From Lama guanicoe (Eukaryota): 64,000 bases of DNA. Position numbers and translations under genes: made by a program. Position 1 is the first letter of the stretch; each line of letters starts with the position of its first letter. The notes below the pieces were generated by a model. The model did no database searches. It saw only the letters and a list, made by a program, of their open reading frames with translations, and had not been told where the DNA came from. Where the stretch lies: positions 13,501,950 to 13,565,949 of the forward strand of contig MU054323.1 in assembly GCA_013239625.1 (NCBI GenBank). The letters run 5' to 3'. Below, piece after piece: positions 24,417 to 37,748 of the stretch.

Positions 24417-27400
24417 TTGAAGGAAAGTCCAGAAGCCACCTAGCACCATATTTAGTAATGGCAATGTTATGTAGTATAGTGTACGCTAGCGACAAGAATC
24501 CCAAGATGGGAGACCTACCTTTTAGCCCTGCTTCCACAGTTACTTAGCTTTGTTCCTTTTCTAAATGGCTTTGACTTTGGATTTTTCCTAAAGGGTTCAG
24601 TGCTCATTTGTGAGGTCTCATCCAGCTCTAACCTTTTCTGGTTCTAGATGTAAGGAACTGTAGAGCCTTGGGAATAAGGAACCGAGTGTCAACCTGATTC
24701 TGTGGTTCCAGCGCAGCTGTTAATTAGGATAGCACAGTCCCGCATATGAGCACGATCACTGAGACAGCTTCTATTTAGTTAAAGCTAAGATCCTTCCTCT
24801 CTCCCCATAAACAAAGAGAAGGCTCAGTGCAGAGGAATACCCATTCCTGCTTCCTGGCCACAGGTGGACTAATCCCTTCAGAAGAAAGTTGGAGGAGACT
24901 CCCACTAGGTGTTACTAGAGCCCAATAGGCATCTCATGAACCACATACACACCGGGATTCAAACTGTATGGTCGCCTGCAGCTGCCCAAATGCATGTGAG
25001 ATCATTCATAAGCACAGCCTTTGAAGGGGTAATTCTTTTTGTCTTGGTCAAGTTTCTGCCTGAAGAGACTGCTTCTAAACGTGGCCCCAGGTGAGGAAGC
25101 TGATAATATGATTGAGAGCCCTGGAAGAAAGAGAATGAGAACTTTAAAGTTAGTCAACAGTTACTAAATGCTTACTCTCTGCAGTGGGATGAACTTTCTG
25201 TAATAATTGGTTACAGTTTTCACAGAACTTTTCATATATATTTCCTCAGTAGATTCTTACATGCACCCTGATATGACCTCAGAGGGTGTAACACCCTTGT
25301 CCCTATTTTACAAATGAAGAAGCTGAGATTCATAAAGGTCAAGTCTGCAAATAGCAGACTTCTGAATCCCAGCTTGGGCCTTTTTTTCCTCTCTCTGATG
25401 GAAATTTAATCTGTTATGTGGGAATATTGCTGACATTCATTTTATTTTGCATCTCTACAAATTAAATAATATCTCTCCCTCTTCACGGATTTAAAGAAAG
25501 TTAATTACAAAACAGAATCTATAAGAGCAGGGACTATTTTTGCCATTTTTATCATTGTAACCTTAGCTTCCTGAACAGCACTGAGCACATGAAGGAAAGA
25601 GGACCACACCACCAAGCTGCTGGGATCTGGACTGTTTCCCTTTTCAGGGAAGATCTGAAGAAGACATTTTCCACGATGATCCCAATTCATGTTACCAGGA
25701 GCTTTCAAAGCTGATGCTTCTTGTTTCATGGTGTACGAAATAGTCTGATTTTTTCATAGTATTTTTAGATCTATCAGTTACTTTTACCATTCTGGGTATA
25801 TGCAAATTACTGGAAAGCCCCTGTACTTTTACAATTGAAGGAGAAGGAGGAGGAGGAGAAGAAATAATTGCAAAAATGGTGAATGGAGATAGTTTGATGA
25901 GTGTGTTTTATTTTCCAATTCTCCAGTCAAGACAATGTCCGTCCTAAGGTGCAGACTAAATCCACAACCATCTTTGCGGATAGGCGTGGATGTAAATGCA
26001 ACAACCTGAAACAGTGACTCAGAACATCAGAAACAATCAAACTTAAAATACGTTAGACTGAAGCAAACGTTTTGAAACCTCATCTTTTTATAAAAAAAAA
26101 GATGTGTAGAAAGTAGAACAGGTCACTCTGTGAAGGGCCATAAAGCCCAGAGGAGATCCGAGAAAGCAAGTAGGATTGTGGCTGGGAATGCAGAGAGATG
26201 GCAGGAATAACCTGGAAGACAGCTCTGCATTCATGGATGAGCACAGTGGCATTTGGCCACTGCATTGACCGGGAGTCAAACTCAATAGTTCTCATCTGTG
26301 TGGCCTTCTAAATAAACCCCGTTGGATACACATTAGCTCATTTAATCTTCACAACAGTCCTGGGAGGGAGCTATTATTGATGATCCCCATTTAACAGAGC
26401 AGGAGACTGAAACTCAAGAAGGTTAATGACTTCCCCAGGTTCATACTATCACTAAGAAATGGAGAGCAAACACTGGGAGAAGACCAAAACATTTCCATCA
26501 CAGAGTCCCTCTGACATATGAAAATACCTGAGGATGCTCTGTGTCTTTTGAAAGAGCATCTCTTCTACTTAGTGTGTAGCTTATTTGGATTTTGGGTTGG
26601 ATGTTCCAGCACAGCTGTCATCTCCTTTCCAGCAGATGCCGATGCCAGTCACTAGAGGCCAAGTCAGGAGGACAGGAACATGCCCATCAAAGCCTGGATT
26701 AACTCCTGATAAAAAGGAATTCAGAAGGAAGAAGTCACTTGGTTTTCTCTCTACTTACGTAGCATTCACATTGCAAGGCAGCAAGCTGGGACTAGGATCA
26801 CAGAGACAGATATGCTGCCTGCTTTCATAGGCTTAAGACCAGCACAGCCTTCTATTGTGGAATTTACAAAATGGTGGGCAACTGTCCATGGTAGATGTGT
26901 TTTATTTGGCCCGCATGGAATCATAAAAAAATTTTTGTTGTTAGGTGCCAGTGTTTTTAAATGGGGCTATTTCATATAAAACGCCAGATTTATGACTTCC
27001 CTTGACAAATTAGAAGACATGGAAATTGTCAGACTGACAACAATTTGCCTTAGCTGAGTAGTAGCTATCTCTCATTCGTCAGAAACCACGCCTCCCCCTA
27101 TTGCTTCCCTAATCCAGATATCCAGTGTCAGATTCCACTAATCATCACACATTTTTCTTATTGTCAGGCTAAGAGGAAAGATCCCCAAGTTAATTGTTAT
27201 TTGCAAAGACCCTCTTTTCCAAATACATTGTTATACCAATGTCTCTATCACAATATCTCTTTCATGAATCCCACTTCACTTTTATATAGTTGGCTGGCTC
27301 CTAAAAGCATTTATTTCTAACACAGGAATGGTACCTCTCCTGCAGAAATGCAGAGCCCTGGAAGTAGGAGTGACTGCTGTTCAGGGGAAGGTGGATACAG

Positions 27401-28324
27401 TGTTCATTCTTTGTAAGCAGGATTTTCATGATCTGAAATGATGCTAAGGGCAATTTTATAATAAAGTCAGCTTTATTATGTTTAGAAAATACCTTTAGGA
27501 TAAAGTCTAGGTAAAGCAATATATGACCAGATGTATGAAACCCTTAATTTAAATATTGTATTTAGTAGGTAGAATAGTGACTAAGATTGTCCCTGACACA
27601 TATTAAATGACCGATAAATATTTGTTAAGTGAAAGAATGAATGATTCAAAAATGGCATTTTATAATGTCAGCTTCTTTTTGAAATGAGATAGAACAAAAA
27701 GATAAATCCTTAAAAGACATACTTTTGCCTCTGAATTTTCTCTCGCTTCCTCCTTTTTTCTCTTTCTTCTCCACACTCATACACATTAAGTCTTTATCTT
27801 TAGACAAAATACATTAAAGGAAAATTTTCACGCCTACATGGTCAAAAAAATGATAGGGCACCTGGTTCTCTTCACTGCTGGTGAAATGGTGTGATTCATC
27901 ATGTGTCTTAACATTGAAGGGCACGGGGGGAAATTATCCAGGCTTATTTTAAGTCTTAAGACTTCTGTTTTAGGTGGATGGGACCATGCATTTTAAGGTT
28001 TTGCAAATTTTATTCATGCTGTTCAACAGTCTAAGTTGTTTATTTTTTTGATGTTGAGTTGTATGAGTTGTTTATATATTTTGGATATTAACCCCTTATT
28101 GGTTAATGCTGAAGACCACATTAGATTTAACTTTTTCTTTTTTTTAATTTTTTAAATTTCATTTTCCACTTCTTCATGATAGCTTTTTAATATTTGGCAT
28201 TCACTAAAATTATTAGACATTAAGCTTAAGCATTTGGTTTGAAAAATATTTCAGCAATGTAACAAATAAATATATAAATAAATATGATCCAATATACTTA
28301 TTTATTCCTTCTAATTTTTTGTAG

Positions 28325-28402
28325 CTTTCTCTGGACCTCTATCACACAGAAGATGACATTTACAAACTCTCACTGGTGCTGGAGCCTAGAAATTCTAAAT
28401 CG
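28325..28402 (+). CDS. RASGRP3: RASGRP3 coding exon 9 (LSLDLYHTEDDIYKLSLVLEPRNSKS)
   Basis: ttttgtAG acceptor; TCG|GTAGGT donor. Confidence 0.96.
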
Positions 28403-31059
28403 GTAGGTGTTGTTTTCTAAGGATTCATGCCAAACACCATTGTTTGTCACTTATAATAATTGGCCATTATAGTGGTGCTTTGTGATCTAAAGATTGAAGA
28501 AATTTTTAAAATCTGTATTCTTCCCATTTTACCACTAGAACAGCTTAGCCCTGACAATTTGAGAATTATTTCTTCTCATCAGAGGCTAATAAAGCAATAT
28601 ACCATTGACAATTACTCCTTTTTATTGTTGCTCTTCTATGTGTTTGTCGTCTCTGAGAATTCATCTACATATAGGACCGAAAAAAAAAAAAAAGAAGAAG
28701 ATGAAGATACAGTAATTCATTTTAACGTTACAGATCACTTAGACCCTCTAGGCTTTTTTAAAAATCCCCTTTAACATAAAATTAGACTTAATAAATTGTA
28801 AATGCCCTGATCATAATTCACAGGTTTCTGTACTCATGATCAACTCAGCTCGACATTTCAATTTCACATTGGCTAGAGTCTCACTTAATTGATAGCTGAC
28901 CCTTAATAAGGAAACATTATATAATGAGTTGAGGAAATTGCACTACTGAATGTACACTCCTCATTACTTTTAGTAAGTAGACTGTAGGTCAGATATGTTT
29001 TGCACTAATAAAAAAAATACCTAGGTAAATTAGAAATTTACAATGAGGATGAGGTTTGCATGTTGAAGAAAAAGTTCATGTTTACTTCTTACACTTATAT
29101 CCTGAGATCAGTTTCCTTATTAGAAATCTCATGTGTTACCTCCTTACCAGTTGAATTCTGTCATGTTACCAACAACTCTAGATCCTAAGTCTGTCCATCT
29201 GTTAATACCTACTATAATTCTGAACCATCGAACTGAAAGAGGCAGAATGACTGTGAATGCTGTTCACAGTGAAGGCCAGGTGGGAGGGCATGACCTTGAG
29301 TCTCAGTCAGTTGACCTGGTAGCATCTGTTCTTAAAATAGTGAGTATGGTGGTTCCATCAGCACATTCCCCTCCCTGCCAGTTCCAAGAGGCCCGTCTCC
29401 TGGGGACACTGCAGAATGTGAGAAGATACAGCACAGGCAGTGAGGTTACAGAGAGAGAGCTAGAAAGAAAGGTAACTTTACTGAGAAAAAGGAATTTATA
29501 AGCTGCTCCCTCATCCCGTAGTGTTGGTGTGAGGAAGCTGGCCATGGTGTGGCAAGCTGCACTATTTATGCACACACAGCATTTCCACCTTCTGACACCT
29601 TCTTTACCTATAACTGGGCACCTTCATTTCTACCTGTTGGTTGTTGGATACCTGGCATGTCATGAGATATGTGTTACCTCATTAACTGTGTTAAGAAGCA
29701 GTCTGGTGAGCATAGGTGTCTTTCATGGACCACACAGCCAGTAAGCGGGAGAACTGGGATTCACTCTCAGGACTATCTGCCTCCATCACCTGTACTTTTT
29801 CTATCGCGGGATGCTGCCTGTCACTTTCCCACCATCCCTTGTTCAGAAGCAGGGTAGGAATAGTCATTTTAGCACACTTGCCTGATTTGCGCCCTTTAGA
29901 TTTACTTTATTTTCAGGATAAAGTTTTGCCAATTTTAGGAGACATTTCCATCCAATATTTTAAAAAAATCTTTTTATCTTTTGTAAAAGCAGAAGCTTTC
30001 AAAACCCCCCTAAGTGCTAAAATCCTATGAATCTATGAAAACACACTTCCCAATCCCTTTCTGTCTCTTCTCTAAGTGGAATGTCATTCCACTTTGTGCT
30101 TTGTGTTTGACACATGCTGGTAACTGGAGAACAATTTCCAGTCAGGATTATATTACTGATGATATTCCTAAATCCTCTAGCTTTAACGTGCTTACAGCGG
30201 GTGCTGGCTGACCTCACCTAGTTAGTCCCAGAGCCTCTCAACAGTTTTCTGTTTGTCGTGGCACCCTTAGTGTCTATTTTTTATGTTGTACTTCATGTAC
30301 CTCTAGGTCAAAAGAAATATCTAATAATTTTCTGATAATAATATTTTTATTTCATTCTTAAATAACCACAATTACTCAATAGTGGATGTGTGTGCCTGTT
30401 GGGCACTGTACAATTTCTTAAATCTTGGAATCAGATTGGATATTGTTACTCATTTCTTATTCCACATTGACATTTTGCTTCATAAAGATATGATATCATT
30501 GAAAGAAACGTTGCCTGGTCTAATGTGTGAGTTGTGAACTACTTCAAGAAGGTAGTTCACAAGGTATCCGACAAATGTTGAATATTGCTGTATTTCCCTT
30601 GGAAGTTTGAAATATCTTTTGCTACTCCTCTGAATTTACTGCAGTGCTCTGGGCAGGGTGACTTGCTGTATAGTTTAGGAGCCAAGGGTTTAATCCTTTA
30701 TCAGAACAGTAAGATGAAAGGCTTGACCAAAAGAGCTGAGATGTGTGAACGAGTGTGTGTGTTTGTATGTGACTGAGTATGGAGGTACCATATTCAGAAG
30801 GCAGGTAATTTTTCACCCTGTTTGTGGCCCACAGGATTCCAGCAACACCCACCTCTCAACATTGGTAGGGGCTTAAATACAGTTATTTCTCACTTCCTCT
30901 TGCAGAAATGTTTATTCCCAACTCAGTATCAAATAAAAAACCTGCTAGTGCAGGCTTGTATGTGTGCACCAGCAAATATATTTCATCGTATGAGAGTCCC
31001 AGGGAGAGGATACAAAGTGCACAGCACTTTTGGCTGGGCTCCTGGTAGGACTGGGTTTC

Positions 31060-31470
31060 ATGCTTGTGTTGAGTAAACGTGTTCTGCATTATCGCCACCA
31101 TTTTCTCCACAATATTAAGTGAAAATGTCTTGCAAGAATGTGGAAAAACCTGTGGAGAAAGGAAGTTCACCAAAGAGGACTCAAGAGAGCTAATGATTAC
31201 CCAAACAGTCAAGAAGTGATTAAGCGTATAAGGAGAGATGCTGGCATTGCTGGCGTTAAGGGCAGAAACTTGGTCATGCACTGATGCCCACTTACTGCAC
31301 ACACTTAATTTGTCACTAAGAATTAGATAACTGGTGTTTTATATATTTTGCATTATATTTTTAAAACTGTATGGATTGTTGTAGAGATGTCTAAGGGTGT
31401 TTTAGTGTTATTTGGGGGAACTTGAATAGGATTTTTGGATGATCTGGAAGAGCGATTTTTTTCCATCTAA
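31060..31470 (+). mobile_element. Degenerate TcMar-Tigger-like DNA transposon fragment
   Basis: Stretch resembling the Tigger transposase N-terminus (...gctaatgattacc...gaagtgattaagcgt) and a Tigger-like subterminal region; subfamily not assigned. Confidence 0.45.
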
Positions 31471-31724
31471 AAAACACAGGTTAGCTACTGCTAACCAGAA
31501 TGCACTGTCCAAACATGTATTTAGTTACAGGTTAGAGTCTATTGACAAAATACTCCACTAACAAAAATTCCACTGGTGTCTGCTTTCAAAACATTTAAGT
31601 GATACATAAACATAAGTTTTTACCGCTATTATTAATACACAAATGTCACATATCTTTCTCAGTGTCCTTGGCTCTAATTGCTCAAGGCCCCAGATAAAGC
31701 TGAAAACTGTGTGTTTTGTGCCAG

Positions 31725-31841
31725 CAGCCTACCTCCCCTACAACGCCCACCAAGCCCGTGGTGCCCCTGGAGTGGGCATCAGGGGTGATGCCAAAGCCAG
31801 ACCCTACGGTCATCAACAAGCACATACGGAAATTAGTGGAG
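31725..31841 (+). CDS. RASGRP3: RASGRP3 coding exon 10 (QPTSPTTPTKPVVPLEWASGVMPKPDPTVINKHIRKLVE); alternative start 31728
   Basis: Tandem CAGCAG acceptor; GAG|GTAAGT donor. Confidence 0.95.
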
Positions 31842-33489
31842 GTAAGTGGTTGAAAGAAAGTTAAAAACGAGCACCAGAAGGCCCCTTTGTTTTCCCAGTA
31901 TATTCTCTGGTTGCCCAGGAATCAGATGGAGGCCATGAAGAGAGCCCTCCGGCATGTGGGGAGCAATTCAGCAGATGCTTAGCTCTACCCGGCATTGGCC
32001 TCTGGGGAAGAGCCTCCCAGGAAGGCCCCCTGTCCCCTTCCTGTCTGGCAGGTCTCACTTGTGCAAATACTCTCATCTGTTTAGAACCAATCCGTTCCCT
32101 AGGCACTTGACACTTCTGTCATTGCCCCTGCCACCTGAGGGGCTGTTTGAGGATTAGAATCTCCTCATTAAAAACCCACATGGGTCATAGTAAAATGCCC
32201 AATAAATTGGTTACTTGAGGGTAGAAAAAAATCTGGTAAGTTGGATCGTTTCTCCAGCTGTATGTATCTGAAGGTCTGTGACACCACAGCACAATGCCAT
32301 TTAAATCAGAAACATCAGTTCATAAAGGCCAAGATTATGTCAGAGTTTTCGATCTAGAAAGGAGTCAAAGCACTGGTGTGAGAAAGATGGAAATATCTCA
32401 GGCACTGGAAACTGTGACGATTGATTAAACACCAACTTTCATGGATTCAGTACATCCTCTGATGCAGCAGGAACAAGTCTTTGGGGGTATAATGTGCTCT
32501 TTGCTGGGAAAGGATGTTTACGGAAAAAGAAAGAATGTTCTACATCCATGGAACTATGAGATGCTGAAAGAAAAGTTACATGGAGCATGTGAGGCAGGAA
32601 GGAGAGGTCGGAAAGGGTGAAGGAAGCTGGGTGAGAAGGCGATAAGGTCGCATGGAGGCCTGTGATATGGTGGTAACAGACCCAATTCGGTGCCAGGGAA
32701 GGTGGGCAAAGGATCCCAGTGCCTGGAGATGCAGCTCAGGAAGGTGTGAGGAAATGGAGAACAGAAGTGTTCTCTCTCCTACTCTCATCTCTTTTTTTTT
32801 CTGAATGCTCACTTTGTTCTCTGCAGACAGACTTTCTTTGCTCCACAGGTGGACTCTGTTTCTCCTGCCACCCCTTGTATTGTCTCTCTTCTCTCTAACT
32901 CCAATTTCATGGGGAAGGTTGGACAAATTGACTACAATTGGTTTAACGAAATGAAAGGCCACGTTTTACTGAATTTTCCAGACTGAATTTTATTTCACAA
33001 AAAAATCTTGTACTCTCAGTATAAATATGGATTTAGACTATAAATAGTAGGCACTCCATAATAGTTAATTTTTAAGCAATTTTGATTATGAATAAGTACT
33101 GATAGTGGGACTTGCAAAAAAATTCAGTTATCTGTGGATAAACCTATAATGGGTGCTAAACAATCATGTTTCTGATTAATTAATTTTTTGATCTATAATT
33201 TACCTACTTCCCAAAATACTCCTGAAGCAGCTTGTAATGTAAGGCAATATAGATAAAATAGAACAGACAGAAACTTTAGGGAAAAGAGAGAAAGATTCAT
33301 TATAACTGGACTCTAAGCCAAATATATGTTTGCATACATGAGTTTCCAGGGAGAACTTACAAAATTTTTTGAAAATTCAATTAGGCAGAGGGCAATGGAA
33401 AAACTTCTCTATCTTTCTCTGATTATAAAGAAAGTCAGAAACATTGTAAACATTAAAACCTTTCATAAAACATAGAAAATAGAAAGTTT

Positions 33490-36110
33490 AACTTTCAGGC
33501 CTTGGTATTTCTACTATGTAGAGATAACTACTGCTAACCTATAGATTATCTTGTATGACTATTCTACACACACGGACACACATATACATGTATATTATTG
33601 AGCAAGCTTGTTCAATGATTTTCTTAGAACAAGTCCTAGAAGTGGAATTGCTGCGTCAGAGAGTGTCCTCCAGAACAACTGTGGGTATTTGCCTCACCAA
33701 CTTGATATGAGAGTATCTATTTTCTCGTACCCTAGGAAATTATCAGTTATTTGAATGTTTTCCAATCTGAGAGGTTATAAAGTTTCATTAGTACTTCTAT
33801 AATGATTAGCAGAATTGAGCATCTTTCCATGAATGTATTGGCCATCTGTATTTTCACTTTGGTGATCACCTGTTTTCCTTTGGATCTTTGCTCTCATATA
33901 TGTTGCAAATTATTTTCTCTGTCATTTATATTTAAATTTGTTAATTGAGCTTTTTTGATTCAGACAAAATTTGTATTTTATTGTAATAAAATGTTTTGGT
34001 TTATGACATCTGACTTTGATATCAGGCCAAGAAAGGTCTTTCCTACTCAAAGATTGTAAAACATGAAAAATATTTTCATCTATTTACTTTTGGTTCTTTT
34101 ATAAATATTTTTATATTAAAATATTTAATGCATCTATAATTATTAGCTATTTAATTCAACAGAAATTGCTGGATAATCCATAATTTCCCTGTGGATTTGA
34201 ATAGATAACTTTTTGATATTCTGAATTCCTACATATATATTCGTATATGGATCTGTTCCTGGACTGTACTTTCTGTAGTAAGTTGCAATACATGTTTTGA
34301 TTAATGTAGTGTTATAGAATATTTAATTTCTGATAGGGCACATTCTCCCTCATTAGTCCTCATTTTTTAAATTAAAGTATAATTGACCTTCCAGATGTTT
34401 TAGATAATCAACATAGTGACTGGATATTTCTATACAAAACACAAGATGATCACCACAGTAAATCTAGTTACCGTCTGTCATCATACAAAGATATTAAAAT
34501 ATTATTGACTATATTCACCATGCTGTACTTTTCATCCCCATGACTCATCTATTTTATAACTGGAAGTCTGCACTTCTTAATTTCCTTCACCTATTCATTC
34601 ATGTATAGGTGTTTGTTCTCTGTATCCGTAAGTCTGTATCTGTTTTGTTTTGTTCTCTGTGTCTATGAGTCTCTGTTTTGTTTTGTATGTTCATTGTTTT
34701 TTAGATTCCATACATAAGTGAACTCATGTGATATTTGTCTTTCTCTCCCTGACTTATTTCACTTAGCATACAAAATACCCTTAGGTCCATCCATGTTGTC
34801 AAAAATGGCAAGATTTCATTCTTTTTTATGGCTGAGTTAAATTCCATTTTATTTATATACCACGTCTTTTTTTTAAATTGTTGAATTACAGTCAGTTCAC
34901 AATGTTGTGTCATATACCACATCTTCTTTATCCATTCACCTTTCAATGAACACAGGTTGTTCCCATATCTTGGCTATTATAAATAATGCTGCAGTGAACA
35001 CAGGGGTGCATATATCTTTTCAAATTAGTGTTTTTGTTTTCTTTGGAAAAAATACCCAGAAGGGGAATTTCTGGATTGTATGTTAGTTCTTTTTTTTTTT
35101 TTATTGAAGTGCAGTCATTTATAATGTGTCAGTCTCTGGTGTATAGCATAATGTCCCCTAGTCATGCATGTATATGTATATATTCATTTTCATATTTTTT
35201 TCCATTGAAGGTTATCACAAGATACTGAATATAGTTCCCTGTGCTATACAAAAGAAATTTTTAAAAAATCTGTTTTTATATATAGTGGCTAACATTTATA
35301 AATCTCAAACTCCCAAATTGATCCCCTCCCACCCCCTTTCCCCGGTAACCATAAGATTGTTTACTAAGCCTGTGAGTCTGTTTCTGTTTTGTAGATGAGT
35401 TCATTGTATGGTAATTCTATTTTTAATTGTTTGAGGAAATTCCATACTGATTTCCATGGTGTTTGCACCAATTTACAATACCACCAACAGTGCATGAGTC
35501 CTCTTTTCTCCATATCCTCACCAACACTTGTTATTTGTTGTCTTTTTGATAATAGCCATTCTGACAGGTGTGAGGTGCTATCTCATTGTGGTTTTGATTT
35601 GCATTTTCCTGAGATGAGTGATACTGAGCATCTTTTCATGTGTCTGTTGGCCACCTGTAAGCCTTCTTTGGAAAAATGTCTATTCAGGTTCTCTGCCTAT
35701 TTTTCAATCAGGTGTTTTTTTTGTTTTTTGTTTTTTTTTTTTGATGTTGAGTTGTATCAGTTCTTTGTATATTTTGAATATTATCCTCTTATCAGATATA
35801 TCATTTGCAAATTTCTTCTTCTATTCAGTAGATGGTCTTTTTATTTTGTTGACAGTTTCTTTCCTTGTGTAAAAGCTTTTTGTTTTGATGTAGTCTCAGT
35901 TGTTTGTTTTTGCTTTTGTTTCCCTTGCCTAAGGTCTTTACTCGTCATCTTAAACAATTTTAGGCTAGTCTCAACATGTTCACTTCTATTGGAATTTTAG
36001 AATCAATTTGTTCATTTGAAACAAATTCCCACTAGGATTTTAATTGGAATTGCATTAAATGTATACTTTGATTTGGGGATAATTTAACATTTTAAAGTTT
36101 CTTTTTCTAT
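33490..36110 (-). mobile_element. Nested antisense L1 cluster (old L1ME-like host, younger L1 3' end ~34365-35935, two further insertions with TSDs)
   Basis: Antisense L1 ORF2/3'UTR motifs; minus-strand ORF 34701..34946 resembles the ORF2 C-terminus (WIKKMWY...AIKKNEILPF..TWMDL). Confidence 0.9.
35091..35402 (-). mobile_element. 5'-truncated young L1 3' end inserted in an older L1
   Basis: Poly-T head; TSD ATTGTATGTTAGTTCT (35075-35090) / ATTGTATGGTAATTCT (35403-35418), 14/16 identical. Confidence 0.85.
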
Positions 36111-36419
36111 TGTTATGGTATTGGCATTTGTGAATTCACCAAGCCTAACTGCTACTCAACCCTGAGGTCTCAGTTTAGACCTTGCTTTTTCCAGAAAACC
36201 TGTTTAAATCTTCCTCCTCCCTCCCCTCAGCACTCTGTCTTTATCCTCAGCACTGCTCTTATCTCATCGTACCACAGAGGCTTCTTAATTCCGTTATCTC
36301 TCACTAAATTCCAAGCACCTTGATAGAAAGAATAATATGCTAGTTATCATTGCTTTCCCAGTAATGAGTTCAGAGCCTGACTCACAGTCATTCAATAAAT
36401 ATTTGTGTTTCCTTTGCAG

Positions 36420-36535
36420 TCTGTGTTTAGAAACTATGACCATGACCATGATGGGTACATCTCTCAAGAGGACTTTGAAAGTATAGCTGCCAATTTTCCC
36501 TTTTTGGATTCCTTTTGTGTGCTGGACAAAGATCA
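36420..36535 (+). CDS. RASGRP3: RASGRP3 coding exon 11 ([40 protein letters not shown]-hand 1 and start of EF-hand 2)
   Basis: ttgcAG acceptor; CA|GTAAGT donor; DxDxDGxIS EF loop. Confidence 0.97.
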
Positions 36536-37600
36536 GTAAGTTTAATTTTGTTATATTGTAATGCAACTGTCCTGAAGTAGGAAATTACTATCACAGGAGA
36601 GCAGGGAAACCTTTAATTTACATCTTGACAGCTTCAGTCCTAGCGTGTTGATGAGATGTCTAACTTTTCACTGATTTTTTTTTCTTGGTGTCTATGAACA
36701 TGACTGGTTGGATAGAATCACAAGGCAGACCTCATAATCAGTGTTGAGTACAAGTGCTCGTTTGCAAATTAGCCCAGCTCTTCATTTCCTATATTACTTC
36801 TACTGTTTAGCTAGTTCATCAACCCCAAAGCTTCCATCAAAAAAGAATAGAGGAGAAACATGTAGATCTAGCCTTGTAGAGTCCTCAGCATCAGTGGACC
36901 TGAGGGCAATCTTAAAAGTCACCAAGTAAGTAAGATTTTTGTTTAGATTACTTACAGTCTTCAGGAGAGCAGGTGATGGCTGCAGATAGCTGAGAAGTGT
37001 CCATGCTTTTTTTTTTCTTTGCTAGTTCAAAGGTTGCCTTGAGAAACAAAGAAAAAATATATTTCTCTTTATCTTCAAATGATTACTGAGAAATTAAATA
37101 ACTTTAGAGGCTAAAACTTGCATCATTAAAAAAAATAATGATTTAAAAAATTTTTGCCAAGAAACCATGTTAATATATTTTACTGCTTAATTTTTAATTA
37201 TGTGATATTAGTTCCTAGTCTAAAAATCATTTGTAATGAAATAGTGGATTTTATGTTGGTTAAATGTTCAAATTATATCACATTAAAATCCTCTAATATT
37301 TTTGTTGGTGTGAGAATTTAAAAAAAAAATCTGTAAATACTGCAACACACCAAGTAAAGCCTTGGTACTTTATAATAAAGGTCTTAAAGCCTTAATTGAT
37401 CTTCACTGTTTAACTAGAACAAAGAATACCTAACAGCTGTCCTTTCAGGTCCTTTCCTCCTGTCAGATGTATCAGGGAAGTGAACATTCCCCACCTGCTT
37501 TTGGCTACAAAAAAGGTTTGGAAGGTGAGTGATTTAAGTGTGGCAACTACTTAGCAACATGGTATTCAAAGACCCCTCCTTTCTTTGATTCTCTTCACAG

Positions 37601-37748
37601 GGATGGCCTAATTAGTAAAGATGAAATGATGGCTTACTTCCTGAGAGCTAAGTCCCAACTACACTGTAAAATGGGACCAGGATTTGTCCATAATTTTCAG
37701 GAGATGACCTATCTCAAGCCAACCTTCTGTGAACACTGTGCAGGATTT
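37601..37748 (+). CDS. RASGRP3: RASGRP3 coding exon 12 ([51 protein letters not shown]-hand 2 and start of C1)
   Basis: ttcacAG acceptor; TTT|GTAAGT donor. Confidence 0.97.

Noticed and set aside
24264..24537. Minus-strand ORFs with (RE)n tracts
   Set aside because: Translation of the (CT)40 microsatellite
35395..36000. 201-aa + strand ORF
   Set aside because: Antisense reading of the L1 ORF2 3' region; no splice or gene context
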